A stretch of 63,891 bases of DNA, the filler included, from Sandaracinaceae bacterium (GTDB taxonomy: Bacteria; Myxococcota_A; Polyangia; Polyangiales; JADJQN01), in the NCBI GenBank assembly GCA_947483975.1. It is 4 parts of 4 records of this genome, joined end to end, with 100 filler letters (N's around TTAATTAATTAA, not from the genome) between each part and the next. Parts side by side here need not be neighbours in the genome. Positions count along the whole stretch, not along the records: positions 1 to 17,973 come from CANKOL010000067.1; 3 more parts are not named here. One strand, written 5' to 3'. Below are positions 1 to 9,360 of this stretch, one piece after another. Made by a program: the position numbers and the translations under genes. The notes beneath the pieces are model-generated. The model did not search any database. It was not told where the DNA came from and saw only the letters and a list, made by a program, of their open reading frames with translations. Positions within the stretch are counted from its first letter, which is position 1; each line of letters opens with the position of its first letter.

Positions 1-1
1 C

Positions 2-175
2 GCTGCCGGCCTCCAAGACCTCGAGCGGCAGCGCGCGGACCTCGCGCTCAGCGCTGAGCAGCGCGCGGCGGCGGCCCACAATTTCGCGCTCTCCCGCGCG
101 GCGGCTCCGCCGACCGTGCCGCCCGCGCCACCGGCCTATCGTGACGCCGCGCCGGACGCGGGCACGTCACGCTGA
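2..175 (+). CDS. C-terminal fragment of an unknown protein (runs off the window edge)
   Basis: Frame 2 is open from the edge (AAGLQDLERQRADLALSAEQRAAAAHNFALSR...DAGTSR) to TGA at 173-175, has GC-rich third positions and converges on epmA. Confidence 0.55.
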   Translation, partial: AAGLQDLERQRADLALSAEQRAAAAHNFALSRAAAPPTVPPAPPAYRDAAPDAGTSR

Positions 176-182
176 CGCGCAG

Positions 183-1403
183 CTAGAGCCTGTTCGGCGG
201 GATGGCGACGACGTCGTCGATGTGCGCCGCCCCGAGCACGAGCATCACCAGGCGATCGACCCCGAGCGCGTTGCCGCCCGCTGGCGGGATGCCCTCGGCG
301 AGCGCGCCGAGGAAGCGCTCGTCGAGCGGGTAGACGGCCTTCCCGAGCGCGGCGCGGGCTTGCTGATCGCGCACGAGACGCTCGCGCTGTTCGCGCGCGT
401 CGATCAGCTCGGTGAAGCCGTTGGAGAGCTCCATCCCGTCGACGAACGCCTCGACCCGCTCCGCCACGCTCGGGTCCTGCGGATCGAGCCGCGCGAGCGA
501 GGCCATGCTCGCCGGCCACGCGGTCAAGAACGTCGGTCGGCCGCGCCCGAGCTGCGGCTCCACCTGCTCGACGAGCACGCGAAAGAACACGTCCTCGTCG
601 ACGAGCGCGTCCTCGAGCCGCATCCCGGCGTAGCGGTCGAACGCGTCGCGCACGGTCAGCCGCTCCCACGGAGGCGCGACGTCCACGGGCGCGCGCTGCG
701 CCGGGACCACGGTCGAGCCCTCGCGGACCGAGCGGGCGACGTGTGCGACCAGCTCTTCGGTATCACGCATGACTTCATGCATGCCGGCGAACGAGCGGTA
801 CCACTCGAGCATCGTGAACTCGGGGTGGTGGCGTTGCCCGAGCTCCCCGCGGCGGAAGCACCGACATAGCTGGTAGATGCGCGGCAGCCCGGCGGCGAGG
901 AGCCGCTTCATCTGGTACTCGGGGCTCGTGCCGAGCCAGCGGGGGGCGCCGGCGCCGACGACCTCGAGCGCGTCGAGGTGCAGGTCGAGCCCCGGGCTCG
1001 GCACGGCGAGCGGCGTCTCGACCTCGGTGAACTCGCGCTGATCGAAGAAGCCGCGGATGGCGCGCAGGACGACCGCCCGCGCCCGCAGGTTGCGCAAGCG
1101 CCGAGCGCCGTCCGCCTGCCCTGAGAGGAAGTCGCCGTCCGGCCGCGGGAAGGGCCCGTCGGGCACCGACACCACCAGGCACGTGGCGCCGAGCACGCGC
1201 TCGCCGTCCCAGCGCCCTTCGCAGAGCACCCACGCGCCGAGCACAGGCACCGGCTGACACTCGACCCAGACGCTGCCCGTCACATCGTGGACGAGCGCCG
1301 CGCCACCGCGCGCGTCGATGACGCGCCCACCGAGCTTGGCCGGGGACGCTGGCGAAAGGCGCCGAACGATCTCCACCGGGTAGCGCGGGGGCGCGGTCAC
1401 CAC
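183..1403 (-). CDS. epmA: EF-P lysine aminoacylase EpmA (GenX/PoxA), with N-terminal extension
   Basis: Class II LysRS-like catalytic motifs (EVETP, SPEYQMKRLL, FRRGE..HHPEFTMLEWY, ELSNGFTEL, GNALGVDRL); directly downstream of efp. Confidence 0.93.
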   Translation of the reverse strand: MVTAPPRYPVEIVRRLSPASPAKLGGRVIDARGGAALVHDVTGSVWVECQPVPVLGAWVLCEGRWDGERVLGATCLVVSVPDGPFPRPDGDFLSGQADGARRLRNLRARAVVLRAIRGFFDQREFTEVETPLAVPSPGLDLHLDALEVVGAGAPRWLGTSPEYQMKRLLAAGLPRIYQLCRCFRRGELGQRHHPEFTMLEWYRSFAGMHEVMRDTEELVAHVARSVREGSTVVPAQRAPVDVAPPWERLTVRDAFDRYAGMRLEDALVDEDVFFRVLVEQVEPQLGRGRPTFLTAWPASMASLARLDPQDPSVAERVEAFVDGMELSNGFTELIDAREQRERLVRDQQARAALGKAVYPLDERFLGALAEGIPPAGGNALGVDRLVMLVLGAAHIDDVVAIPPNRL

Positions 1404-1412
1404 GCGGTCAGT

Positions 1413-1976
1413 TCACTTCTTGACGCGCTCGACGTACTCGCCGGTGCGGGTGTCGACCTTGATCCACTCGCCCTGGTTGACGAAGAGGGGGACCGTCGTC
1501 TTGAGGCCCGTGTTCATCAGGCAGGGCTTCTGGATGTTGCCGCTCGTATCGCCCTTGAAACCGGGCTCGGTCTCCATCACCTGGAGGTCGATGAAGATGG
1601 GCGGCGTGACGCCGATCGGGTTGCCGTCGTGGAACAGCACCGACACGGGCAGGCTGTCGAGCAGGTAGAACTTGTTGTCCCCGAGCTGCGCGGCGGTCAC
1701 GCGGACCTGGTCGTAGTTCTGGGAGTCCATGAAGACGTAGTACTCACCCTCGGGGTAGAGATACGTCATCTGGCGCTCCTCGATGTCCGCCTTCTCGAGG
1801 CGCTCGCCGGACTTGTAGGTCCGCTCGAGCACGCTGCCCGTGATCATGTTCTTCATCTTCACGCGGGTGAAGGACTGGCCCTTGCCAGGCTTGACGAACT
1901 GGAAATCGACGACGACGTAGGGGTTGCCGTCGATCTTGACCTTGATGTTCTTGCGGATGTCGGAGGTGTCGAACAT
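1413..1976 (-). CDS. efp: Elongation factor P
   Basis: FVKPGKG loop with the modifiable Lys, TEPGFKGDT, VPLFVNQGE, KVDTRTGEYVER. Confidence 0.98.
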   Translation of the reverse strand: MFDTSDIRKNIKVKIDGNPYVVVDFQFVKPGKGQSFTRVKMKNMITGSVLERTYKSGERLEKADIEERQMTYLYPEGEYYVFMDSQNYDQVRVTAAQLGDNKFYLLDSLPVSVLFHDGNPIGVTPPIFIDLQVMETEPGFKGDTSGNIQKPCLMNTGLKTTVPLFVNQGEWIKVDTRTGEYVERVKK

Positions 1977-2059
1977 GCGGGCGATCCTCGGGAAAAGCGC
2001 TCTAACAGGAGCGCGGGACCCGGATACTCCGAGCCCCGCGCAGAAAAAAGAGAGTCGAC

Positions 2060-2482
2060 TCAGCTCTCGCCGGCGACCCGCAGCGTGATCGCGACCGACT
2101 CGCTCGGTGCGGCGACGGTGTTCGCGCGCTCGGCCGTGACGCGCACCTCGAACGTCGTCAGCGGCGTCGTCGCCGCGGCATCACCGACGCGGGCGTCGGC
2201 GTCGTAGACGAGGGTCGCGGCCTTCACGGGCGAGGCGTTGGCGGCCACGAACCAGACGACGTAGGTCGTGAGGCCGGTCGCGATGCGGTCGGGCGGGGGC
2301 AGGTTGTCGAGGTGGATCGTGACGAGGTTGTTCCCCCCGCCGGCGTCTTCGACGCGGACTGTGCCGTCGGCGCTAGCGGCCTCGTGCCGACCTGTGACCG
2401 CGAACTCCTGAGCGCCACCGCAGCCCGCGAGCGCGGCGCCGGCGAGAGTGCAAGCAAGGAACAGCGTGACGAGCTTCTTCAT
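2060..2482 (-). CDS. Lipoprotein of unknown function
   Basis: Likely start MKKLVTLFLACTLAGAALAGC (lipobox LAGC) behind a GGAGG RBS; beta-rich mature domain (LPPP...YVVW...VTAE). Confidence 0.75.
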   Translation of the reverse strand: MKKLVTLFLACTLAGAALAGCGGAQEFAVTGRHEAASADGTVRVEDAGGGNNLVTIHLDNLPPPDRIATGLTTYVVWFVAANASPVKAATLVYDADARVGDAAATTPLTTFEVRVTAERANTVAAPSESVAITLRVAGES

Positions 2483-2586
2483 GAGAACCCTCCTCGTGCG
2501 GGCTTGTATGCTGGAGCGCACGTCTGGTCAAGCACGTCAGCCGGTACCTTGCCATCGAGTGAGCGAGGCAGTAAGCGTGGCCCCCT

Positions 2587-3492
2587 GTGCGTGAAGCCGA
2601 CGAAGAGATCCGCGAGATCAAGAAAGAGATCATCGAGTCTCGCGGACTGATCATCAAGACCAACAACCTGACCAACGCGCTCGCCGCCGACATCAAGTCG
2701 ATCGGCAAGCGGCAGGCGGGCTACGAGCGGCGGTTCAACTGGAACAGCGCCGTGGCGTACGCGCTCTTCGCGACGCTCTCGTTCGTCGGGCTCAAGCTCT
2801 GGTCGGATGTGCGCATCCGCGAGATCGAGGGCGAGACCCGCGAGCTCGAGCGCGAGGCGCGGGAGCTGCGGCACGACCTGACCGAGGAGACGCGCCGCGC
2901 CGAGGCCCGCGAGCGCGCCGAGGGCAAGGCGGCGCAGTTCTACGACCTGATCCGGCAGCAGAAGCGCGCCGAGGTCGTCGAGCGCTACGAGCAGGTGCGC
3001 ACCGAGCGTCTGTCACGCGCGGAAGCCGCGTTCTTCCGAGACACGGTGGACCGCTTCCGCCTGGACCTCTCGGTCGCGGCCTATCAAGCGGGCCTCGACC
3101 TGATGCGCACGGGTCGCTATGCCGAGGCCGCGGACGCGTTTCAGGAGTCGATCCGGCTGAAGGAAGAGGCGGCGCACATCCCCTCGGTCAAGTATCAGCT
3201 GGCGCGCTCGCTCGCGCGGCTCGGTCGGCAGGGTGAGGCCATCGTGCTGGCGCAGGCGGTCATCGACCAGACGGTCGACCGCGAGCTTCAGGACGACGGC
3301 GCGTTCCTGCTCGCGCAGTGCGCGGAGGATCTCGGCAACATCGACGACGCGCGGAATGCGCTCCGGATGATCGGTCGCCGTTGGCCGCACTCGCAGCTCG
3401 CGCTCGACGCGCGGCGGCACCTCGGCGACCTCAACCTGCGCGTGCTCCGCGGGCAGATTCAGGGGCAGCGGACGGGCGCGCCGGTGGAATAA
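2587..3492 (+). CDS. Membrane-anchored coiled-coil plus TPR protein (CpoB/BamD-like C-terminus)
   Basis: N-terminal coiled coil, one TM helix (AVAYALFATLSFVGL), TPR-like repeats (AYQAGLDLMRTGRYAEAADAF..., WPHS). Confidence 0.75.
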   Translation: MREADEEIREIKKEIIESRGLIIKTNNLTNALAADIKSIGKRQAGYERRFNWNSAVAYALFATLSFVGLKLWSDVRIREIEGETRELEREARELRHDLTEETRRAEARERAEGKAAQFYDLIRQQKRAEVVERYEQVRTERLSRAEAAFFRDTVDRFRLDLSVAAYQAGLDLMRTGRYAEAADAFQESIRLKEEAAHIPSVKYQLARSLARLGRQGEAIVLAQAVIDQTVDRELQDDGAFLLAQCAEDLGNIDDARNALRMIGRRWPHSQLALDARRHLGDLNLRVLRGQIQGQRTGAPVE

Positions 3493-3580
3493 GTTGACGC
3501 GGGGCGTCGCGAGCACTTCTCATGTGCCGCAGACGTGATAAACACGTGTCATCTCCGGGGGGCGAAATGGACCGAAGACC

Positions 3581-4501
3581 ATGTCGAGACCGCGTATCGC
3601 CTTCGTGGGTTCGGGTGGAGCAACCAAGGGCATCGCTCATCTAGGAGTGCTCAAGGCGATGGAGGAGATGGGCCTCGTGCCCGATGTCCTCGTCGGCGCT
3701 TCAGCGGGGGCGATCGCCGCTTCGTTCTTCGCGCAGGGCTTGACCGCCGACGCGATGGTCGACTGGATGAGGCCGTTCTGGGAGCGGCGTGAGCCCGAGG
3801 GGGCGCTCAAGGGGCGATACTTCGTCGGAGCGCCGAACCGCGAGCAGCTAGCGAGCCCCGGCTATCTGGCGAGCGGCCTGTTCTCGATCGACCGCTTCGA
3901 GGCGTTCCTCGCGAAGCGCCTGCCGACGAACGACTTCCGCGCGCTCGACAAGACGTTGCTCGTCACCGCGGCGGACGTCGACGGGCGAGGGCGCGTCGTG
4001 TTCGGCAAAGGGCACGACGAGGTGACGCCGATCTCGCAGGCGGTCGCGGCGTCGTCGTGCGTGCCGCTGCTGTTTCGCCCGTATCGCATCGGCGACCGCT
4101 ACTTCATGGACGGCGAGGTCGTGCGGACGCTGAGCCTCGATCTCGCGGTCGAGGCCGGCGCGGACGTCGTGATCATCTCCAACGTCTACCGCCCGCACGT
4201 CGCGAAGGACGGCGAGGTCTCGCTCGCGCGCCGGGGGGTGCTCTCGGTCGTGCGGCAGGCGCTGAACATCATCCTCAGCGAGAAGGAGAAGCGCGGCATC
4301 GACCTCGTGCACCGCCTCTATCCGCACGTGACGCTGCTCAACGTCAGCGCGAACCTGGGCCGGTTCTCGTTCATCAACCGCAGCGAGACGCGGCAGTTGC
4401 TCGGACGCGGCTACCGCGAGGCGCTCCGCGTGCTCGCAGCAGCCAAACAGCGCGGTGTGTTCGACTCGCGGGCGACGACGAAGAGCGTCGGCACGGCGTA
4501 G
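3581..4501 (+). CDS. Patatin-like phospholipase
   Basis: GSGGATKG glycine-rich loop, GASAG nucleophile elbow, ASSCVP, DG(E) catalytic Asp. Confidence 0.9.
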   Translation: MSRPRIAFVGSGGATKGIAHLGVLKAMEEMGLVPDVLVGASAGAIAASFFAQGLTADAMVDWMRPFWERREPEGALKGRYFVGAPNREQLASPGYLASGLFSIDRFEAFLAKRLPTNDFRALDKTLLVTAADVDGRGRVVFGKGHDEVTPISQAVAASSCVPLLFRPYRIGDRYFMDGEVVRTLSLDLAVEAGADVVIISNVYRPHVAKDGEVSLARRGVLSVVRQALNIILSEKEKRGIDLVHRLYPHVTLLNVSANLGRFSFINRSETRQLLGRGYREALRVLAAAKQRGVFDSRATTKSVGTA

Positions 4502-4505
4502 CGGC

Positions 4506-4826
4506 TCACGCCGTCTCTGCAACGAGCCACGCGAGGTAGTCCGCGCTCGCGGCGACGATCGGCAGCGCGATCAGCTCGGGCACCTCGTAGGGGTGCTCCG
4601 CTCGCAGCACGCGCTCGACGTCCGCGAAGCGCTCGCGGCGCGTCTTGATCAGCAGCTGCACCTCGCGCGCTTCTTCGACGGCGCCCTTCCAGCGATAGAG
4701 CGAGCGCAGCCCCGGCACGAGGCTGACGCACGCGACGCAGCGCGCCTCGAGCAGCGCGCGCGCGAGGCGCTCCGCGACCTCCTCGCTCGGCGCGGTACAC
4801 AGCACGACGATCGCGGTGCTCTCCAT
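4506..4826 (-). CDS. cutA: Divalent-cation tolerance protein CutA
   Basis: MESTAIVVLCTAPSEE...SLYRWKG...HPYEVPELIALP...YLAW; true start is the ATG at 4826 inside the longer listed ORF. Confidence 0.92.
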   Translation of the reverse strand: MESTAIVVLCTAPSEEVAERLARALLEARCVACVSLVPGLRSLYRWKGAVEEAREVQLLIKTRRERFADVERVLRAEHPYEVPELIALPIVAASADYLAWLVAETA

Positions 4827-4861
4827 GGGGGCGCGAGCGTAGCGTGAGTCGCGGCGGGTCG

Positions 4862-5515
4862 TCAGAGCCCGACGATGTGCGGCTCGGGCGAGAGGCGCAC
4901 GACGAGCTCGCCGACGGTCATGTGCACGAACGCGAGGTCGTTCAGTCGACGTCCCGTTTGCGCCGCGCGCACAGGGAAGGTGACGAGGACATCGTCGTCT
5001 CGGTAGCGCGCGGAGGTGCGCCGCGCGTCCCGCCGAGCGGCGAGCGGCTCGACGAGCGCGTGCGGGACGTCGAAGAACGCGCCGAACTCGCTGCCTCGCA
5101 CGAGGCCGTTGGCCTCGGCGGCGCGCTGCAGGTTGGTGATCAGCGCGGCGCGCGCGATGACGCCGCTCGCGCGGGCGAGCGGGTCGGCGAGGACCGCCTC
5201 GAGCGTCGGCACATCGCGATCGCGGAGCGCCTCGAGGAAGCGCTGCACGACGCGCCGGGCGTCGTCGTCGCGGCCGCGCGTGAGGAGACCGACCGGCGCG
5301 CCCGTCGTCGCGCTCGCGCCCGGAGTCGGCGTGAAGGTCGGAGGGTCCGCGTCGGTCGGGGGTGCGGATGGCTCGATCGACGGCCGCGCGGCGACCGGCG
5401 CACCACCGCACGCGCACGCGACGGCTACCGCGAGCGTCACGACGAGCGCCGCCGCGCGCGGGCCGCCCGCACCGAGGCGGCCTTCAGAGGGCGTGCGTGG
5501 ACGTGCGCAGATCAC
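4862..5515 (-). CDS. Hypothetical lipoprotein (start uncertain)
   Basis: Hydrophobic stretch plus ACACG lipobox-like site and Pro/Thr linker; co-oriented between the GATase homologue and cutA. Confidence 0.55.
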   Translation of the reverse strand: MICARPRTPSEGRLGAGGPRAAALVVTLAVAVACACGGAPVAARPSIEPSAPPTDADPPTFTPTPGASATTGAPVGLLTRGRDDDARRVVQRFLEALRDRDVPTLEAVLADPLARASGVIARAALITNLQRAAEANGLVRGSEFGAFFDVPHALVEPLAARRDARRTSARYRDDDVLVTFPVRAAQTGRRLNDLAFVHMTVGELVVRLSPEPHIVGL

Positions 5516-6296
5516 GGTCGACGACGAGGACGTGTCCCTCTTCGATGGCGCGCCAGCCGGGCGCGAGCGTAGGGCCGTCGCTGAGGACCATCACGTAGTG
5601 GAGGGCTGCGGCCTCGGCCTCTGCGCGGGCGGAGTCGGCGCGGCCGACGGAGTCGTGCAGCCCGTGCCGGTCGACGTACGCGAGGGGCTTGCCGCGCCGG
5701 AGCGCGTAGAGAGTGCGGCCGTTCGTCAGCACGAGGTTGAGCGTGCCCGGCTTGCCGCCGACCTCCGCCGCGAGCCGGTCGACCAGCGCGACCGACGAGC
5801 GCAGCGCGTGCAGGACGTGCCGGTCGTCGACGTCTGGGTTGTCGAGCTGTCCGGCGTCGTGGAGGAAGCTGAGCACCGCGTGGAAGAAGAGCTCGCTGTC
5901 GGTGTCGCCGCGCACGTTTCGCTGGAGAAAATCGGGCAATTGCTCGAGCAGCGCCGGGCGCAGCGCGGCGAAGCGGTCGATGGTGCCGTTGTGCGCGAAG
6001 AGCCACTGACGCAGGCGAAACGGGTGAGTGTTCTCGGCGCGGAAGTCGCCGACGGTCGCCTGCCGCAGGTGCGCGACGACGCAGTGCGACCGCACATCGC
6101 CCGCGATGTCCGCCCAGTCGAGCGCCTCGCCGGCGGTCTGCGGGCGCTTCTTGTGGAGGACTTCGCCGCCTTGGTAGAAGCCGAGGCCCCAGCCGTCGGC
6201 GCGCGTGGGCGCGGTCGCGAGGGCGGCGCGCTCCTGATGAACGGCGTCGCGCAGTCGGTCGGAGCGGTTCGACATGTACCCGATCAGTCGTCCCAT
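5484..6296 (-). CDS. Class II glutamine amidotransferase family protein (YafJ/EgtC-like) lacking the N-terminal Cys
   Basis: DGWGLGFY, AHLRQAT, ENTHPF, FAHNGTI, GDTDSE motifs; N-terminus MGRLIGY after a GAAGGAGG RBS. Confidence 0.88.
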   Translation of the reverse strand: MGRLIGYMSNRSDRLRDAVHQERAALATAPTRADGWGLGFYQGGEVLHKKRPQTAGEALDWADIAGDVRSHCVVAHLRQATVGDFRAENTHPFRLRQWLFAHNGTIDRFAALRPALLEQLPDFLQRNVRGDTDSELFFHAVLSFLHDAGQLDNPDVDDRHVLHALRSSVALVDRLAAEVGGKPGTLNLVLTNGRTLYALRRGKPLAYVDRHGLHDSVGRADSARAEAEAAALHYVMVLSDGPTLAPGWRAIEEGHVLVVDRDLRTSTHAL

Positions 6297-6522
6297 CTGC
6301 GTCCTCCTTCGTTCAGTCAGTCAACGGCGGCTTCGCCGACTTCTGCCGTGCTTGGTCCGACTTCTCCGACGCGCCGACGAGCGAAATGATTCGACTCGTG
6401 CGCTCACGCGCCCTTCGCCCCGCATAGGCCTCGACGGCGCGCAGCACGACGATGCAGAGTGCCGTGACGCTCAGTACCGCGATGGGGAAGCCGACGTCGA
6501 TCCGCAGGAAGGACATGGGGAG

Positions 6523-9279
6523 GTGCGTCGTCTGGAGCAAGCTATCACCCAGGCCTCCGAGCGGCAACGGACGCTGAGGCTCGGCGCGCGGGCAGCGCTG
6601 CTCGCGCTCGCGTGCTTCGCGGCTCCTCGGGCCGCGAGCGCGGCTGAGCCGCAGGACGTCTTCGTGCGCGCGCGTATCGACCGCGAGCGCGGCGAGATCG
6701 CGGGGGCGCTGCTCGTGCACGCGCGGGTCGGCGTCGGCGAGCGGAGCGTGCGCTTGTGGGTCTACGCGGACCGACTCGCGGTCGCTCCGAGCGGGATGGA
6801 CGAGCAGACCTTTCGGTGGATCTATCCGGGGGAGCGCGACCTCGGGCGGGCGTTGGTCGAGCAGGTGCGCGTCGATGCGCAGCCCGTGACGCCGCGCGTC
6901 CTCCGGGGCGCGGCGGGGAGCGATGCGGCGCTGGACGCGCGTGGCGCGATGCTCGAGGTGCCGATCGACGCGGGCCCGGCGCGCGTCGTGGAGCTTCGGC
7001 TGCGCTTTCGCGTGACGGTGCCGCGCCGCTTCGGGCGCCTCGGGCGCGTCGACGACGTGCTCGCGCTCGCGGCGCCTTGGTACCCGATCGTCGTCACCGA
7101 GGACGCGTGGGACTTCCGCGTGCCGCAGCGGGTCGAGGTCGAGGTGATGGACGGCAGCGACGTCGTCGCGGGCGATGGGCCCATCGGTCGCGGCCGCACG
7201 CGCTACGAGACGCGCGCGCCGTACGTCCCTGTGCTGATCGCGCCGCACCTGCGGGAGTCGCTGCGCCCCGGCGCCGCGCACGGGCACGCGCCGGACCTGC
7301 GCGTGATCATGCTCGACCCGCGCGCCGCGTTCGTGCGCGACCTGCTCGACGTCGAGCGCCTCGTGCTCGACGAGCGCGCCGTGGACCGCGTCGCGGGCGT
7401 CCTCGAGGAGGTGAGCGCGACGCTGCGAGCATCGCAGCTACTCGTGCAAAGTCGGCCCGTCACGGTGTTCGTCGTGCCGTCGCGCACGGAGCTGGCGGCG
7501 GTCGCTCCGCACGTGGTGCTGCTGTCGGACCGTTTCGGCGAGGTCTCGCCGCTCCCGGCGACGGGCAGCTTTCACGAGCGCGCGGCTGCGCGCGCGTTGC
7601 TCCGCGCGCTCGTCGCGCCCGTGTCGAGCGAGCGCGACGCCCCCGCAGATCGCCCGTGGGCAGACGATGTGCGCGCGACGCTGCTCTCCGACCTCGACGA
7701 GGCGCGCCGACACGGGCACGCGCTGACGCCCGAGGAGATGCTCGGCTTTGCGGCGTTTCACCCGGCCGTCGATCAGCTCCTCTACGCGCCGCAGGTGCCG
7801 TTTCCAGACGTGTACTTCGGCAGCGTCGACGAGCTCGATCGCTTCCGCGACGACCCGATGCGCGCCTTCGCGCCGACGGCGCGCGGACGTCGGCTGCTCG
7901 AGTCTGCGCGTGACGCGCACGGCCCGGCGTTCGCGGGCGTCGCCGCCGCGCTGCTCGCTGGGCCCGGGTCCGCGCGAGCCGCGCTCGCGGTCGGCGAGGT
8001 CGAGCCTGCGCGCGTCGCTCAGTGGCTGAGGGCGCCGACGCACCCGGTCAACTACAGGCTCGGTGCGGTCGTGTCGGCGCGCGAGGGCGTCGGCTACGTG
8101 CACCGCGTCGAGGTGCTGCGCGATGTGCCGGCCGGCGATGCGCAGCCCATCGAGCCCGTCGAGGTGCAGGTCGAGGACGACCAGGGGCAGCTCGCGCGAG
8201 GGCGATGGGACGGCCGCGGCGCACGCGGGGTCGTCACGCTGCGCACGAGGGCGCCGCTCGATGAGGCGATGCTCGACCCTCGTCAGCGCCTGCCGCAGAG
8301 CCCCGCGCTGACCGACGGACACCCGCGCGCGGACGACGCGACGACGCAGCCGTTTCGCTTGCCGCTGCTGCAGGGGCTGCTCCTGAGCTACTCGGCCGCG
8401 GAGCAGCGCTTCGACGGGCTCATCGACTTCTCCGTGCGCCGCCGCTACGACCTCGAGACGGCGTTCGGGCTGCGCCTCTCGACGGGCCCCGCGGCGACGG
8501 GCGGGGTCGTGCGCTGGACGCGCGGCGTCGGGCCGAAGCGCGACACGAACAGCCGCGTCGGCCTCGTCAGCGTGGGCCTCGAGGTCGAGCGGCTCGTCGG
8601 GGGCTTCGCGACGGCGGACGGCTCGCCCGCGGCGGTGCTCGACGCGGACAGGGGCTGGTCAGCGGCGCTGCTCGTCTCCGGTGGCGTCGACACACGCGCG
8701 TACCGCGTCGACCCGCGCCGCGGCTACTCGCTCGGCGCCGCGCTGCGCCTCGGCGGCGTCGCGCGCGACGACGGGGACTTCAGCGCGACCGTCGCCGCTT
8801 CGGTGCGAGGCTCGCTCACGCTGCCCTTCGGCACGCGCAACGCGCTGCTGCTCGTCGCGGGCGGCGGCATCACGCTCGGTCGTCCGCTGCCCGGCGAGCA
8901 GCAGTCGCTGGGCGGGCTCGGCGTGATGCGCGGCTTTCGCTCCAACGAGCTGCTCGGCGGCGAGCGCGCGTACGTCGTCGCGGAGCATCGCTACACGCTC
9001 GTCGCGGACCTCGCGTGGGACGTGTTCGGCGTCGTGGTCGTGCGCGAGCTTCAGCTCGGCGTGTTCGTCGGCGCCGGCGCGCTCTTCGACCCGATCGGCG
9101 CGAGCGCTGCGCAGGCCAAAGACGTGCTCCTCGTCGCCGACGCGGGCGGCGGGCTCCGCGTGCACTTCGACTACGGCGGCGTGCAGCCGGCGGTGCTGAT
9201 CTTCGACGTCGCCGCGCCGCTCGTCGGCGGGCAGGGCTACGGCCTCGCGCCGTACGTCGCGTTCGACCAGTACTACTAG
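6523..9279 (+). CDS. Outer-membrane protein: M1 aminopeptidase-like N-terminal region plus Omp85/BamA-type beta-barrel
   Basis: Signal peptide (ALLALACFAAPRAASA); FRVTVPRRFG...WYP segment like an M1 N-domain; C-terminal LGG..MRGF..ELLG (Omp85 RGF/Y loop motif), AGGGLR, terminal aromatic FDQYY. GTG start at 6523 is inferred. Confidence 0.65.
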   Translation: MRRLEQAITQASERQRTLRLGARAALLALACFAAPRAASAAEPQDVFVRARIDRERGEIAGALLVHARVGVGERSVRLWVYADRLAVAPSGMDEQTFRWIYPGERDLGRALVEQVRVDAQPVTPRVLRGAAGSDAALDARGAMLEVPIDAGPARVVELRLRFRVTVPRRFGRLGRVDDVLALAAPWYPIVVTEDAWDFRVPQRVEVEVMDGSDVVAGDGPIGRGRTRYETRAPYVPVLIAPHLRESLRPGAAHGHAPDLRVIMLDPRAAFVRDLLDVERLVLDERAVDRVAGVLEEVSATLRASQLLVQSRPVTVFVVPSRTELAAVAPHVVLLSDRFGEVSPLPATGSFHERAAARALLRALVAPVSSERDAPADRPWADDVRATLLSDLDEARRHGHALTPEEMLGFAAFHPAVDQLLYAPQVPFPDVYFGSVDELDRFRDDPMRAFAPTARGRRLLESARDAHGPAFAGVAAALLAGPGSARAALAVGEVEPARVAQWLRAPTHPVNYRLGAVVSAREGVGYVHRVEVLRDVPAGDAQPIEPVEVQVEDDQGQLARGRWDGRGARGVVTLRTRAPLDEAMLDPRQRLPQSPALTDGHPRADDATTQPFRLPLLQGLLLSYSAAEQRFDGLIDFSVRRRYDLETAFGLRLSTGPAATGGVVRWTRGVGPKRDTNSRVGLVSVGLEVERLVGGFATADGSPAAVLDADRGWSAALLVSGGVDTRAYRVDPRRGYSLGAALRLGGVARDDGDFSATVAASVRGSLTLPFGTRNALLLVAGGGITLGRPLPGEQQSLGGLGVMRGFRSNELLGGERAYVVAEHRYTLVADLAWDVFGVVVVRELQLGVFVGAGALFDPIGASAAQAKDVLLVADAGGGLRVHFDYGGVQPAVLIFDVAAPLVGGQGYGLAPYVAFDQYY

Positions 9280-9360
9280 CCAACCAGGGCGCTGACGGAC
9301 GAAGCCGCGCTCGATGGTACTTTGCGCGGAGGCTTACTCTGTTGGGGTATAGTCGCGCGC

